Shown here: one piece after another, positions 1 to 8,265 of the stretch
Layout: every line of letters starts with the position of its first letter
How positions within the stretch are numbered: the first letter of the stretch is position 1
Assembly: GCF_018336915.1 (NCBI RefSeq)
Contig: NZ_CP064923.1
Span: forward strand, 4,110,001 to 4,142,000
Direction: 5' to 3'
DNA length: 32,000 bases
From: Acaryochloris marina S15
GTDB taxonomy: Bacteria; Cyanobacteriota; Cyanobacteriia; Thermosynechococcales; Thermosynechococcaceae
Translations under genes and position numbers: made by a program
Notes under the pieces: model-generated
What the model saw: the letters and a program-made list of their open reading frames with translations, nothing else
What the model was told of the DNA's origin: nothing
Database searches by the model: none

Positions 1-1
1 A

Positions 2-145
2 GCCTATGTTGTGCTCATTGAAAAAGTGTTGCAGGTCGCCCAACGTCGCCAACAAAAAGCTGAATCCATGGCCACCAACATTTTTGAGCGCATGGGCCAG
101 GACTGGTATTTAGTTCATCATCATGGCAGCCCCATTGTCAGTTAG
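2..145 (+). CDS. C-terminal fragment of an NTF2-fold (SnoaL-like/DUF4440-type) protein; the 5' end lies outside the window
   Basis: The frame is open from the window edge to TAG at 143-145. It translates to AYVVLIEKVLQVAQRRQQKAESMATNIFERMGQDWYLVHHHGSPIVS. The W-x-LVHHH-x-S C-terminal tail is what I recall from DUF4440/SnoaL-like proteins. It is absent from the ORF track because it is truncated. Confidence 0.4.
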   Translation, partial: AYVVLIEKVLQVAQRRQQKAESMATNIFERMGQDWYLVHHHGSPIVS

Positions 146-208
146 ACCCTGGAGCAATACAGCTAGTAGCTGGCAATGGCGTCTCAAGTCCTCACCATGA
201 GTTGAGAA

Positions 209-820
209 TTAGCGTTTCTTTTTCTTCTTCAGCTTTTTGAGGAATTCAGGATCTTCTCGCATGGTCCGAGAGACCGTACGAAAGGCATTTTCGACTTGGG
301 GTATTGGCAAATACGTATCGGCTTCTAAGGCCAACATCACCTTACTGCCATCACTTAAAGGCACCAGATAAATTTCGACGATGTTGTAGCCCCGATTGGT
401 GCGTTTATACTGCAACTCTCCTGCCAACATTTGTCCCAGGAAGCGACGCTGATGATATTCTCGTGCCGGAGCATTAATCCCTAAATAGGTTGTTTTGAGA
501 TACCCCAGTAACTCTTCATCTTCCATATTCAGCAGTTCTAGCCAGTCGGCAGCTAAGGAGGCCATGCGGATTTTGAGTTTGCGGTTTCCTTTTTGCGCCA
601 CTACACCGACGGTATCGTTGCCTAAGGATTTGACCTCGGAAAAGCCTTTTGGGGTTTCAAAGATCAGGCCATTGGCAAAGTGGGTGAGACGGTTGGGTTG
701 CGATTTAGCCTGGGTATCTGCTGTGGGAGCTTCCTCAGCTAGACTGGCGAGAGGAAGAAAAGTTGGGGTGAGGGCGATCAGACCTGCGATCGCAGTCGGT
801 AACATCCGAAATTGAGTCAT
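209..820 (-). CDS. Hypothetical secreted protein with an N-terminal signal peptide and a C-terminal poly-lysine tail
   Basis: This is the ORF-track frame 209..832. The codon at 832 is TTG, and the first ATG is at 820 (MTQFRMLPTAIAGLIALTPTFLPLASLAEE), which gives a typical signal peptide. It ends FLKKLKKKKKR. I recognise no family. Confidence 0.6.
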   Translation of the reverse strand: MTQFRMLPTAIAGLIALTPTFLPLASLAEEAPTADTQAKSQPNRLTHFANGLIFETPKGFSEVKSLGNDTVGVVAQKGNRKLKIRMASLAADWLELLNMEDEELLGYLKTTYLGINAPAREYHQRRFLGQMLAGELQYKRTNRGYNIVEIYLVPLSDGSKVMLALEADTYLPIPQVENAFRTVSRTMREDPEFLKKLKKKKKR

Positions 821-889
821 AGTATCAGCCAAAAACTAAGGAATCAGGACAGTTCTGAATGTCTAGCAGAAAAAGTAAATAATGTTGTC

Positions 890-2299
890 CTAGGGGTGGG
901 TCATTTGCACAGGTTGCACAGATTGGTCGAACTCTTCGGCAGTCATAAAACCAAGAGCGACGCAAGTTTCTCGTAAGGTTTGGCCCGTTTGATACGCTTG
1001 TTTCGCAACTTGTGCGGCCCGGTCATAACCAATTTGAGGCGTTAGCGCAGTCACTAACATCAGTGACTGATTCAGATAGGTTTCTATTTGCGACAAGTTG
1101 GGTTGAATACCAACGACCAGATAGGTTTTGAACGCACCACAAGCATCCGAAAGAATGCGAATAGAGTGCAAAAGATTGTGAATAATCACTGGCTTGAAGA
1201 CATTCAGCTCTAGGTTACCCTGACTCCCCGCAAAACTAATCGCCGTGTCATTACCAATCACTTGAGCACAGACCATCGTTAACGCTTCGCACTGAGTCGG
1301 GTTGACCTTTCCAGGCATAATGGATGACCCGGGTTCATTAGCCGGCAAGCTTAATTCCCCTAATCCACAGCGAGGTCCAGACGCCATCCAGCGCAGGTCG
1401 TTGGCAATCTTGACTAAGCTACACGCCAAGGTTTTCAACACACCACTAGCCATCACAAAGGCATCATGGGCAGCCAATCCTGCAAATTTATTGGGGGCAG
1501 TGACAAAGGGCAAGCCCGTTAATGCTGCAATTTGGTGGGCCACTCGCTCTGCAAACTCAGGGTGAGTATTCAGCCCAGTCCCCACAGCCGTTCCCCCCAA
1601 AACCAATTCATATAGGTGGGACAATGTATTCTGGAGTCTCTCTAGGTTTTGATCCAGTTGGGCAACATATCCCGAGAACTCTTGTCCTAACGTTAACGGC
1701 ACTGCATCCATCAAATGGGTGCGGCCAATTTTGACAATTCCATCAAATTCCTCAGCCTTGGTCGCGAGAGCATCACGAAGGGCAGTCACTTGGGGAATCA
1801 ATTGATGGACCAGTTGTTCCATAGCTGCAATGTGCATCGCTGTAGGAAACACATCATTCGATGACTGAGATAGGTTGACATGATCATTGGGATGGCAAGG
1901 GTCTTTACTGCCCAACTGGCCACCCGCCAATTCAATTGCACGATTGGCAATCACCTCATTCGCATTCATATTGGATTGAGTGCCACTACCTGTCTGCCAC
2001 ACCCGTAAAGGAAATTGATCGTCCCACCGACCATTGACCACTTCCGTTGCCGCCAAAACAATCCAGTCTGCAACATCTGGCGACAGCCGATCCAACGTTA
2101 AATTCACCATTGCTGCCGCTTTTTTAACAAGGCCTAAAGCACGAATCATTGACCGTGGCATCTTGTCATCACCGATCGCAAAATACTTCAGAGACCGCTG
2201 AGTTTGTGCTCCCCAATAGTGATGACTAGACACTTCCACTGTGCCCATACTATCGGTTTCGATCCGCACGTTATCGTTACGCTGAGAAGGTTGAGACAT
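890..2299 (-). CDS. fumC: Class II fumarate hydratase
   Basis: It carries the fumarate-lyase signature [16 protein letters not shown]. The N-terminus [32 protein letters not shown] is typical of FumC. The ORF-track start at 2353 is a TTG, and the ATG at 2299 ([19 protein letters not shown]) fits FumC length better. Confidence 0.95.
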   Translation of the reverse strand: MSQPSQRNDNVRIETDSMGTVEVSSHHYWGAQTQRSLKYFAIGDDKMPRSMIRALGLVKKAAAMVNLTLDRLSPDVADWIVLAATEVVNGRWDDQFPLRVWQTGSGTQSNMNANEVIANRAIELAGGQLGSKDPCHPNDHVNLSQSSNDVFPTAMHIAAMEQLVHQLIPQVTALRDALATKAEEFDGIVKIGRTHLMDAVPLTLGQEFSGYVAQLDQNLERLQNTLSHLYELVLGGTAVGTGLNTHPEFAERVAHQIAALTGLPFVTAPNKFAGLAAHDAFVMASGVLKTLACSLVKIANDLRWMASGPRCGLGELSLPANEPGSSIMPGKVNPTQCEALTMVCAQVIGNDTAISFAGSQGNLELNVFKPVIIHNLLHSIRILSDACGAFKTYLVVGIQPNLSQIETYLNQSLMLVTALTPQIGYDRAAQVAKQAYQTGQTLRETCVALGFMTAEEFDQSVQPVQMTHP

Positions 2300-2365
2300 G
2301 CGCAGTTCGGCCTTTTTTCGAGAAATGTCAGCAAATTCTAGAGTATGGTACAACCATACGTTAAC

Positions 2366-2508
2366 GTGGGTATCCTGACTGAGAGGGTGAGTTCAGGCAA
2401 CTTAAGCGTTCCGTTTTTTGCATCATCCTTCATAATCTAATGGTGTTATTAGAACCGTAATGGTTCGGGCCGAAAGATGTTGATTGTGCCCAAAAAAGTG
2501 GGTATCCT
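2366..2508 (+). repeat. Two copies of the 11-mer GTGGGTATCCT (2366-2376 and 2498-2508) in the fumC/pilM divergent intergenic region
   Basis: The two copies are an exact direct repeat read from the sequence, with starts 132 bp apart. Both lie upstream of my preferred pilM start. Confidence 0.5.
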
Positions 2509-2582
2509 CCCAACAGAACCAAGCCTTAAACATTAGGTTTAATTATTTCCATATTGTTATTCAGCCTGTAGCGGACATACCT

Positions 2583-3671
2583 GTGGTGACTTCATTAAAA
2601 AGTCTGTTTTCGAATTCGAATCAGGGGGTAGGCGTAGAGTTAACCCCGGACAGCGTGAATATCGTTCAACTTAAGCAACAAAAGCAGGGGACAAACCTCA
2701 ATACTTTTGCGGCAATTCCTATTCCAGAAGGCGCTTTTCAAGATGGCCGGATTACTGATCCAGACGCCATTGCCGATGCCCTTCGTCAAGGAATTACAGA
2801 ACATAAAATCAAAGCCAAAACTGCTATATGTGCCGTTCCTATTGGTGAAGCTGTCATTCGGTTAATTCGTTTACCTGCCGAACTGGACGAAATGGAACTG
2901 CGGGATATGGTTCTTAATCAAGAAGCAGCCATATATCTGCCCTTCCCTAGAGAAGAAGCAGATGTGGACTTTCAACGATTAGGAACAGACATCGATGAGG
3001 ATGGCATTGAGCGAGTAGAAGTTCTCCTCGTTGCTACGCCAAAGGACATTACTGAAAACTACCTCAATGTTTTCCAACAGGCAGGTCTAGATCTGAAGGT
3101 TCTAGAAGTCAGTAGCTTTTCCTTAATCAGAACCCTGCGAAATCAACTCCTCCAATTTATGGAAGGGGAAGCAGTGGCACTGGTGAATATTGATTTTGAT
3201 GGTACTGAAATTAGTATCGTCATGGATGGTATTCCTCAATTTAATCGGAAGGTACCGATTGGCACTCATCATCTTCAAAATGCTTTGAGTCGGGCGATGA
3301 ATTTGCCTGGAGCAATGGGGGCAGATTTATTGCAAGGGATGACCGTTCCTTTGGACGTCACAGACAACACTGCCAATAACCCCAGCTCTGCTGCCATCCT
3401 GAGAATGTTAAGCGATTTATCAGACGAACTTCGCCGTTCCATCGACTTCTACTTAAACCAGGGTGAAAATTTAGATATTACGCAAGTCTTTGTATCAGGG
3501 CCAGGGGCCAGTTTAGGACAAATTGATGAATTTTTAACCCAGCGTTTAGGACTGACTACGACATTAGTCGATCCAATCAGTACGCTCGGCATTCAAAATT
3601 CAGATAGTATTCCGATGGCTCAACGTCCTGCGTTAAGTGTTGTTATGGGTCTTGGGATGCGGGAGGTATAA
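2583..3671 (+). CDS. pilM: Type IV pilus assembly protein PilM (actin-like ATPase fold)
   Basis: It is the first gene of a pilM-N-O-Q string. The N-terminus (V)VTSLKSLFSNSNQGVGVELTPDSVNIVQLK matches the usual PilM start. The ORF-track start at 2484 is a TTG that adds about 33 atypical residues. GTG at 2583 or 2586 is more plausible, but the exact start is uncertain. Confidence 0.9.
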   Translation: MVTSLKSLFSNSNQGVGVELTPDSVNIVQLKQQKQGTNLNTFAAIPIPEGAFQDGRITDPDAIADALRQGITEHKIKAKTAICAVPIGEAVIRLIRLPAELDEMELRDMVLNQEAAIYLPFPREEADVDFQRLGTDIDEDGIERVEVLLVATPKDITENYLNVFQQAGLDLKVLEVSSFSLIRTLRNQLLQFMEGEAVALVNIDFDGTEISIVMDGIPQFNRKVPIGTHHLQNALSRAMNLPGAMGADLLQGMTVPLDVTDNTANNPSSAAILRMLSDLSDELRRSIDFYLNQGENLDITQVFVSGPGASLGQIDEFLTQRLGLTTTLVDPISTLGIQNSDSIPMAQRPALSVVMGLGMREV

Positions 3672-3675
3672 GTGC

Positions 3676-4422
3676 ATGTATTCAATTGATATCAACCTAT
3701 TAAATGACCGTCCAGAATATGGTCAACAAGTTGTCTCTTCTGCCAACTATGACAGTGATGATAAAACACCACTCTTTATTGGTTTAGGTGTGGGTGCAGC
3801 AGCATTAGGCTTAGTCTTAGTTGGCTTTGGCGTCACGTCATTCTTGAATCAGCAATTAGTAGCTGAAGAAGAGAATTTAGATAGTGAACTCGCTCAGCTA
3901 GCGCCAAAGTTGGCGGAAGTTGATGATCTAAAAGCTCAAGAGCAGCAAGTTAAAGCTGAAACAAAAGCTTTAGCAACGATCTTTAACCAAATCAAGCCTT
4001 GGTCAGCAACCTTGCAAGACATCCGCGATCGTGTTCCACCCACCTTGCAGGTGATAAAAATTCAGCAAAAGGCTGTAACGCCCCCTGCACAGACGGGACA
4101 ACCTAATACAACCCCCGTTGCCGCTTTATCGGCACCGACACAGTTGACGATTACCGGCAACGCCATTTCCTTCAACGATGTCAATGACTTTGTATTGACT
4201 TTGAGAAAGTCACCCTTCCTCACCGTTGCACAGACACAGCTAGAGTCATCCGAGCGCAAAACAAATGATAAGACTAAGGTCTCTTTAGTTCAACATCAAT
4301 TAAAAACCACGATCAATGATGTTCCAGCGTCCGAATTACTACAAATTCTGAACGCAAAAGGTGCATCTGGATTAGCTGCCCGGATTGGGGCACTGAAGCA
4401 AAAAGGAGTAATGAATCCATGA
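3676..4422 (+). CDS. pilN: Type IV pilus assembly protein PilN (single-pass membrane, coiled coil)
   Basis: ATG at 3676 is preceded by GGGAGG at 3661-3666. The product starts MYSIDINLLNDRPEY (PilN/Fimbrial assembly-like), followed by one TM helix (PLFIGLGVGAAALGLVLVGFGV). Its position between pilM and pilO supports the call. Confidence 0.85.
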   Translation: MYSIDINLLNDRPEYGQQVVSSANYDSDDKTPLFIGLGVGAAALGLVLVGFGVTSFLNQQLVAEEENLDSELAQLAPKLAEVDDLKAQEQQVKAETKALATIFNQIKPWSATLQDIRDRVPPTLQVIKIQQKAVTPPAQTGQPNTTPVAALSAPTQLTITGNAISFNDVNDFVLTLRKSPFLTVAQTQLESSERKTNDKTKVSLVQHQLKTTINDVPASELLQILNAKGASGLAARIGALKQKGVMNP

Positions 4423-5135
4423 CGGCCACTGGCGGATTTGCAAGAGAAGATGAACTCTTGGGACCTTCTTATCCCACTTTATTTGGGATCACTTTCACCC
4501 CCACGGTATCAGGAATCTTGGCAGCTGTTGTCGGTGTAGGCCTAGCGGCATATGTCGGAACTCAGCTTGTCTCACCAAAGATTACTGAATACCAAGGGCT
4601 CCAAGAATCTGTTGAGCAGAAAAAAACAGATTTAGAACAAAAAGAAGCAACGACTCAACGAGTAGATGAGATTGTTGCGCGGCTTAATCGCGCAAAGCGA
4701 GAAAATAGCGAGGTTCGCACTCTTTTCTCAGATCAGCAAGCATTGGATACATTGCTCTTAGATTTAAATCGCGTCATTGTTTCTAGTAATGCTGAACTAC
4801 AGACATTTAAGCCTGATTACAGTTCGTCTGGCACTGTGACCGATAGCTCCTTAGGGGCATCCTTAAATAGCAAGATCAAACGGCAAGTAACCGCTGTATC
4901 TTTTCAAGGAACGTTCAACCAGACTTTGCAAATTATGCAAGCCATTGATCGTCTGCAAACTGTTTTGGTAGTCCGTGACTTATCGATGGAGCTACAAAAA
5001 CCAACCGACTTTGGCCCCCGAAATCTGGTGAAGTCTACTTTTAATTTGCATGCTTATGTGCCTTTAAGTGCAGAAGAAGCTGCTGCTGCTCAGGCTGCTG
5101 CCGCAAAAGCTAAACCAGAGGCTACGACAAATTAA
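4419..5135 (+). CDS. pilO: Type IV pilus assembly protein PilO
   Basis: The ATGA start/stop overlap with pilN at 4419-4422 suggests translational coupling. There is an AAAGGAG Shine-Dalgarno upstream. The product has one TM helix followed by a coiled coil, and the gene sits before the secretin gene. Confidence 0.8.
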   Translation: MTATGGFAREDELLGPSYPTLFGITFTPTVSGILAAVVGVGLAAYVGTQLVSPKITEYQGLQESVEQKKTDLEQKEATTQRVDEIVARLNRAKRENSEVRTLFSDQQALDTLLLDLNRVIVSSNAELQTFKPDYSSSGTVTDSSLGASLNSKIKRQVTAVSFQGTFNQTLQIMQAIDRLQTVLVVRDLSMELQKPTDFGPRNLVKSTFNLHAYVPLSAEEAAAAQAAAAKAKPEATTN

Positions 5136-5220
5136 ATTCAATCGCTATTGCCTATGCTGCAACATGCAGCTCAATCTTCAACGAACAATCATCATTAATT
5201 ATTAAATAGAGGAGTGTAGG

Positions 5221-7272
5221 GTGAACTCGTATCAAGGAAAACCCGGAATTATTATTGGCTGCGCTGCGGCCGCATTAGGCGCAATGATTCAGCCAGTATG
5301 GGCTGCTGAAACTGAAGTGACCAATGTTCAACTCAATCCCACTGCAAAGGGATTTGAACTCGTACTTGGAACTCAAGGTGATAACCGCCCCCCCATTTTT
5401 ACAGTCAATCGAGGTAATACTTCCGTTTCCGATGTCAGTAATTCTCTCTTACGACTGCCGGAAGCAGGCTCATTTCAACAGAAAGATCCAGCTCCTGGCA
5501 TTAAATTTGTAGAAGTTCGACAATTAGATCCTGATACAGTCCGGATTACAGTTGAAGGAGTTCATTCTGCTCCCATTGCCGAAACGATTCGCAACGACAA
5601 TCGTGATGGTGTATTGGCCATCAAATTTGATGGTGCTCCCGGTAGTAGTGATCCGGTAGCCACATCTTCTCAACCCTCCAATCTTCGCTCTCGGGCTAGC
5701 GCTGTGCCCTCCTTTAGAAGTCGGGCTAAGGCTCCCCCTGTTGGAGATATGGCCATCGCTCCCTTGAATGTTGAGCCTGACCGTATTGATCTGGGAAGTG
5801 ACCAAATTATCCCTAAGTTGCTACTGCGTGAAGCTCCTGTACGAGAAGTTTTGACACTCTTAGGCCGTGCTGCTAATGTCAACGTTGCATTTGCAGAGCA
5901 AGGTGGTGAAGGTGAAGAAGGATCTTCCGCCTCGTCTACCATCACCCTAGACATCGAGAATGAGTCTGTTGATGATGTCTTTAACTACGTCTTACGCTTG
6001 TCTGGAATGCAGGCCAATCGAGTCGGTCAAACCGTCTTTGTAGGTAAAACTCTACCAGGCGATGCCCAAAACCGGGTTGTGAGAACAATTCGTCTGAATC
6101 AAATCAAAGCAACATCAACGAGTAAGAGATCAAATACACTTTCAAGCAAGGCTGATACGGGAGGGAATATTACTCCTCAATCGGATAGTGGCAGTAGTTC
6201 TAGTACCACTGAAACTGGAATCACTCGTGAAACTTCTCTTACACAAGAGATAGAATCGCAAGGCGCTAAAGAAACTTTAGAGAATTATGGGGCGAATGGC
6301 GGTAGTGAAGAAGGAAGTTCTGCTCTTTTAGAAGGACTAGAAGTTGTCGCTGATGGTCGGACAAACACGATCACCCTCATCGGCACACCTCGCAAAGTAG
6401 AGACAGCAACATCGATCTTGACGAGATTGGATGTTCGACAACGTCAAGTAGCAATTAACGTCAAATTTATAGATGTCAATTTGCTGAAGGGTAAAACCTC
6501 AAATGCTGACTTACAATTTCGTGCCAATGATTCTTTAGGAATCGGCTTTAGACAAGACCCAAATGGTAGTGGCAACAGTGGTCTGTCGACAATTTTTGGA
6601 TCAGGTGCGGTTGATATTGTTGGCAGTGGTCTGTTTACATTGACTGAAACATTTTTGGCTAATTTGTTTGTATCTATACAAAATAATAATGCCAAAATTC
6701 TGACGAATCCTACATTGCTAGTGCAGGAAGGGAGTTCAGCGCAGGTCAACCTGACTCAACAAGTGTTTACAGGCTTTGTACAGAGAACAAATACTGATGC
6801 TACTGATGCTGGAGGCGTCTCTTCTACACAATCTCTAGAACCAAACATTCAGAATGCTGGAGTCATCCTCAATGTCGCAGTAGACCATATTGATGACAAT
6901 GGATTTGTGACCATGAGTATGTCGCCAGAAGTCAGTTCAATTTCAGGAACGTTCACAGATGCTTTATCTGGTGGACAAGCTAATCTGCTGGCACAACGTC
7001 GAATCGAAACAGGCAAGTTACGCCTACGAGATGGTCAGACTCTAGTGCTAACAGGTATTATCCAAGACCAAGATCGTGTAGGAGTTAGCAAAGTTCCGAT
7101 TCTGGGTGATATTCCTCTTTTGGGCCGCCTATTCCGTCGAGAAACTAACTCTCGAGAGAGGACTGAATTAGTAGTCTTGGTAAGACCTGAAATTGTAGAC
7201 GACTCGGATCAATCTACTTTTGGTTACGATTATAAGCCGGGTGAAGAATCGCGAAAGTTATTGAAGCCCTAG
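5221..7272 (+). CDS. pilQ: Type IV pilus secretin PilQ (AMIN-like N-terminus, Ser/Thr-rich linker, C-terminal secretin domain)
   Basis: GTG start at 5221 lies 6 nt after GAGGAG. A signal peptide is present (IIIGCAAAALGAMIQPVWAAE). The C-terminal secretin motifs are LRLRDGQTLVLTGIIQDQD...VSKVPILGDIPLLGRLFRRE...ELVVLVRPEIV. Confidence 0.9.
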   Translation: MNSYQGKPGIIIGCAAAALGAMIQPVWAAETEVTNVQLNPTAKGFELVLGTQGDNRPPIFTVNRGNTSVSDVSNSLLRLPEAGSFQQKDPAPGIKFVEVRQLDPDTVRITVEGVHSAPIAETIRNDNRDGVLAIKFDGAPGSSDPVATSSQPSNLRSRASAVPSFRSRAKAPPVGDMAIAPLNVEPDRIDLGSDQIIPKLLLREAPVREVLTLLGRAANVNVAFAEQGGEGEEGSSASSTITLDIENESVDDVFNYVLRLSGMQANRVGQTVFVGKTLPGDAQNRVVRTIRLNQIKATSTSKRSNTLSSKADTGGNITPQSDSGSSSSTTETGITRETSLTQEIESQGAKETLENYGANGGSEEGSSALLEGLEVVADGRTNTITLIGTPRKVETATSILTRLDVRQRQVAINVKFIDVNLLKGKTSNADLQFRANDSLGIGFRQDPNGSGNSGLSTIFGSGAVDIVGSGLFTLTETFLANLFVSIQNNNAKILTNPTLLVQEGSSAQVNLTQQVFTGFVQRTNTDATDAGGVSSTQSLEPNIQNAGVILNVAVDHIDDNGFVTMSMSPEVSSISGTFTDALSGGQANLLAQRRIETGKLRLRDGQTLVLTGIIQDQDRVGVSKVPILGDIPLLGRLFRRETNSRERTELVVLVRPEIVDDSDQSTFGYDYKPGEESRKLLKP

Positions 7273-7287
7273 ATTCATACTCTATCT

Positions 7288-7359
7288 ACACAAACCTAAT
7301 CTAACAGCGAAGCCCATCATGTTTGTATGATGGGCTTCGCTGTTAGATTAGGTTTGTGT
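7288..7359. terminator. 33-bp perfect inverted repeat with a 6-nt loop between convergent pilQ and rpe; a likely bidirectional terminator or palindromic element
   Basis: The left arm 7288-7320 (acacaaacctaatctaacagcgaagcccatcat) is the exact reverse complement of the right arm 7327-7359. The loop is gtttgt at 7321-7326. It starts 16 nt after the pilQ stop and ends 67 nt before the rpe stop. Confidence 0.6.
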
Positions 7360-7425
7360 GCTTAGCTAAACAGAGGGTTGTACACTGTTGCTCAACCAGA
7401 GATGCGGCCCCGTAGCTGGTTTGAT

Positions 7426-8133
7426 TTATACTGTCACTAATTCTGGTTCAGACCGCTTGCTGTTACGGATAGCTTCGATAGTTGTGGCATAGTCATCAGC
7501 CTTGAACACAGCTGATCCAGCCACAATGGCATTAGCCCCAGCTTCCAAAACTTGCCAAGAATTGTTGGCTTTTAGGCCACCATCGACTTCAATCCAAGGA
7601 TCTAGTCCACGCTCATCACACATTTGACGAAGCTTACGAATCTTGGGTAGCACTCCTGGAATGAAGCTTTGGCCGCCAAATCCAGGGTTAACACTCATGA
7701 TCAAAACCAAATCGCAAAGTTCTAAAACATAATCAATTTGATCTAAAGAAGTGCCAGGATTCAAAACGACTCCCGCCATTTTGCCTAACTCTTTAATTTG
7801 ACCTAAAGCTCGATGGAGATGGGTTGTAGAGCTAGCTTCGGCGTGAACGGAAATGATGTCTGCCCCTGCTTTAGCAAAGTCGGCAACATATCGCTCAGGT
7901 TCCACAATCATCAAGTGAACATCTAAAGGCTTCTCTGTCACTGGGCGAAGAGCATCCACAATTAAAGGGCCAATGGTGATATTTGGGACAAAACGACCAT
8001 CCATAACATCTACATGAATCCAGTCCGCCCCAGCTTTATCGACGGCTCGAACTTCCTCACCTAAACGGCTAAAATCCGCAGACAGAATAGATGGAGAGAT
8101 GACGGTCGATTTGGGTGAAGAAGATAGAGTCAT
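7426..8133 (-). CDS. rpe: Ribulose-phosphate 3-epimerase
   Basis: The product is 235 aa. It has [42 protein letters not shown] and VDGGL motifs characteristic of Rpe. Confidence 0.95.
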   Translation of the reverse strand: MTLSSSPKSTVISPSILSADFSRLGEEVRAVDKAGADWIHVDVMDGRFVPNITIGPLIVDALRPVTEKPLDVHLMIVEPERYVADFAKAGADIISVHAEASSTTHLHRALGQIKELGKMAGVVLNPGTSLDQIDYVLELCDLVLIMSVNPGFGGQSFIPGVLPKIRKLRQMCDERGLDPWIEVDGGLKANNSWQVLEAGANAIVAGSAVFKADDYATTIEAIRNSKRSEPELVTV

Positions 8134-8169
8134 GGTAAAAGATCCGGTTATGACGACTGCTTAGAGAGG

Positions 8170-8227
8170 CAAAGTTGAAAACTTGAGCACTTTCGCAGTA
8201 ACCAGTTTAACAAAATCTTCAACTTTG
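8170..8227. repeat. 10-bp perfect inverted repeat CAAAGTTGAA (8170-8179) / TTCAACTTTG (8218-8227) between the MscS-CNB gene and rpe
   Basis: The arms are exact reverse complements separated by 38 nt. The repeat lies in the 132-bp gap downstream of the channel gene and upstream of the rpe start. Confidence 0.35.
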
Positions 8228-8265
8228 ACCTAACCCTGATTCTTAATCAACCCCTGATAAATCGG

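Noticed and set aside
163-175. The palindrome CAGCTA-G-TAGCTG just after the truncated first gene, considered as a possible terminator.
   Set aside because: A 1-nt loop cannot form a hairpin. The foldable version has only a 4-bp stem, and no U-tract follows.
495-815. ORF-track frames nested antisense or out of frame inside larger genes. Examples are 495..815, 1302..1565, 1522..1734, 4062..4259, 5524..5954, 6444..6749, 9019..9439, 9737..10202, 13169..13711, 14349..15497, 16792..18376, 18693..18875, 22157..22837, 23346..23601, 24064..24933, 26492..28585 and 30029..31743.
   Set aside because: Each is fully overlapped by a longer ORF with clear family-specific motifs. Their translations are low-complexity or Arg/Ser/Pro-rich, as is typical of shadow frames. 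None has a recognisable motif or ribosome-binding site.
2484-2582. N-terminal extensions implied by the ORF track. These are pilM from 2484, pilN from 3637, fumC to 2353, the MscS gene to 9783, murE to 15695, alpha-E to 24638, and the lipoprotein and secreted protein by a few codons.
   Set aside because: The extended starts are TTG or other non-ATG codons. They add residues atypical for the family or overlap the neighbouring gene. Internal ATG or GTG codons give canonical N-termini and in several cases a Shine-Dalgarno sequence.
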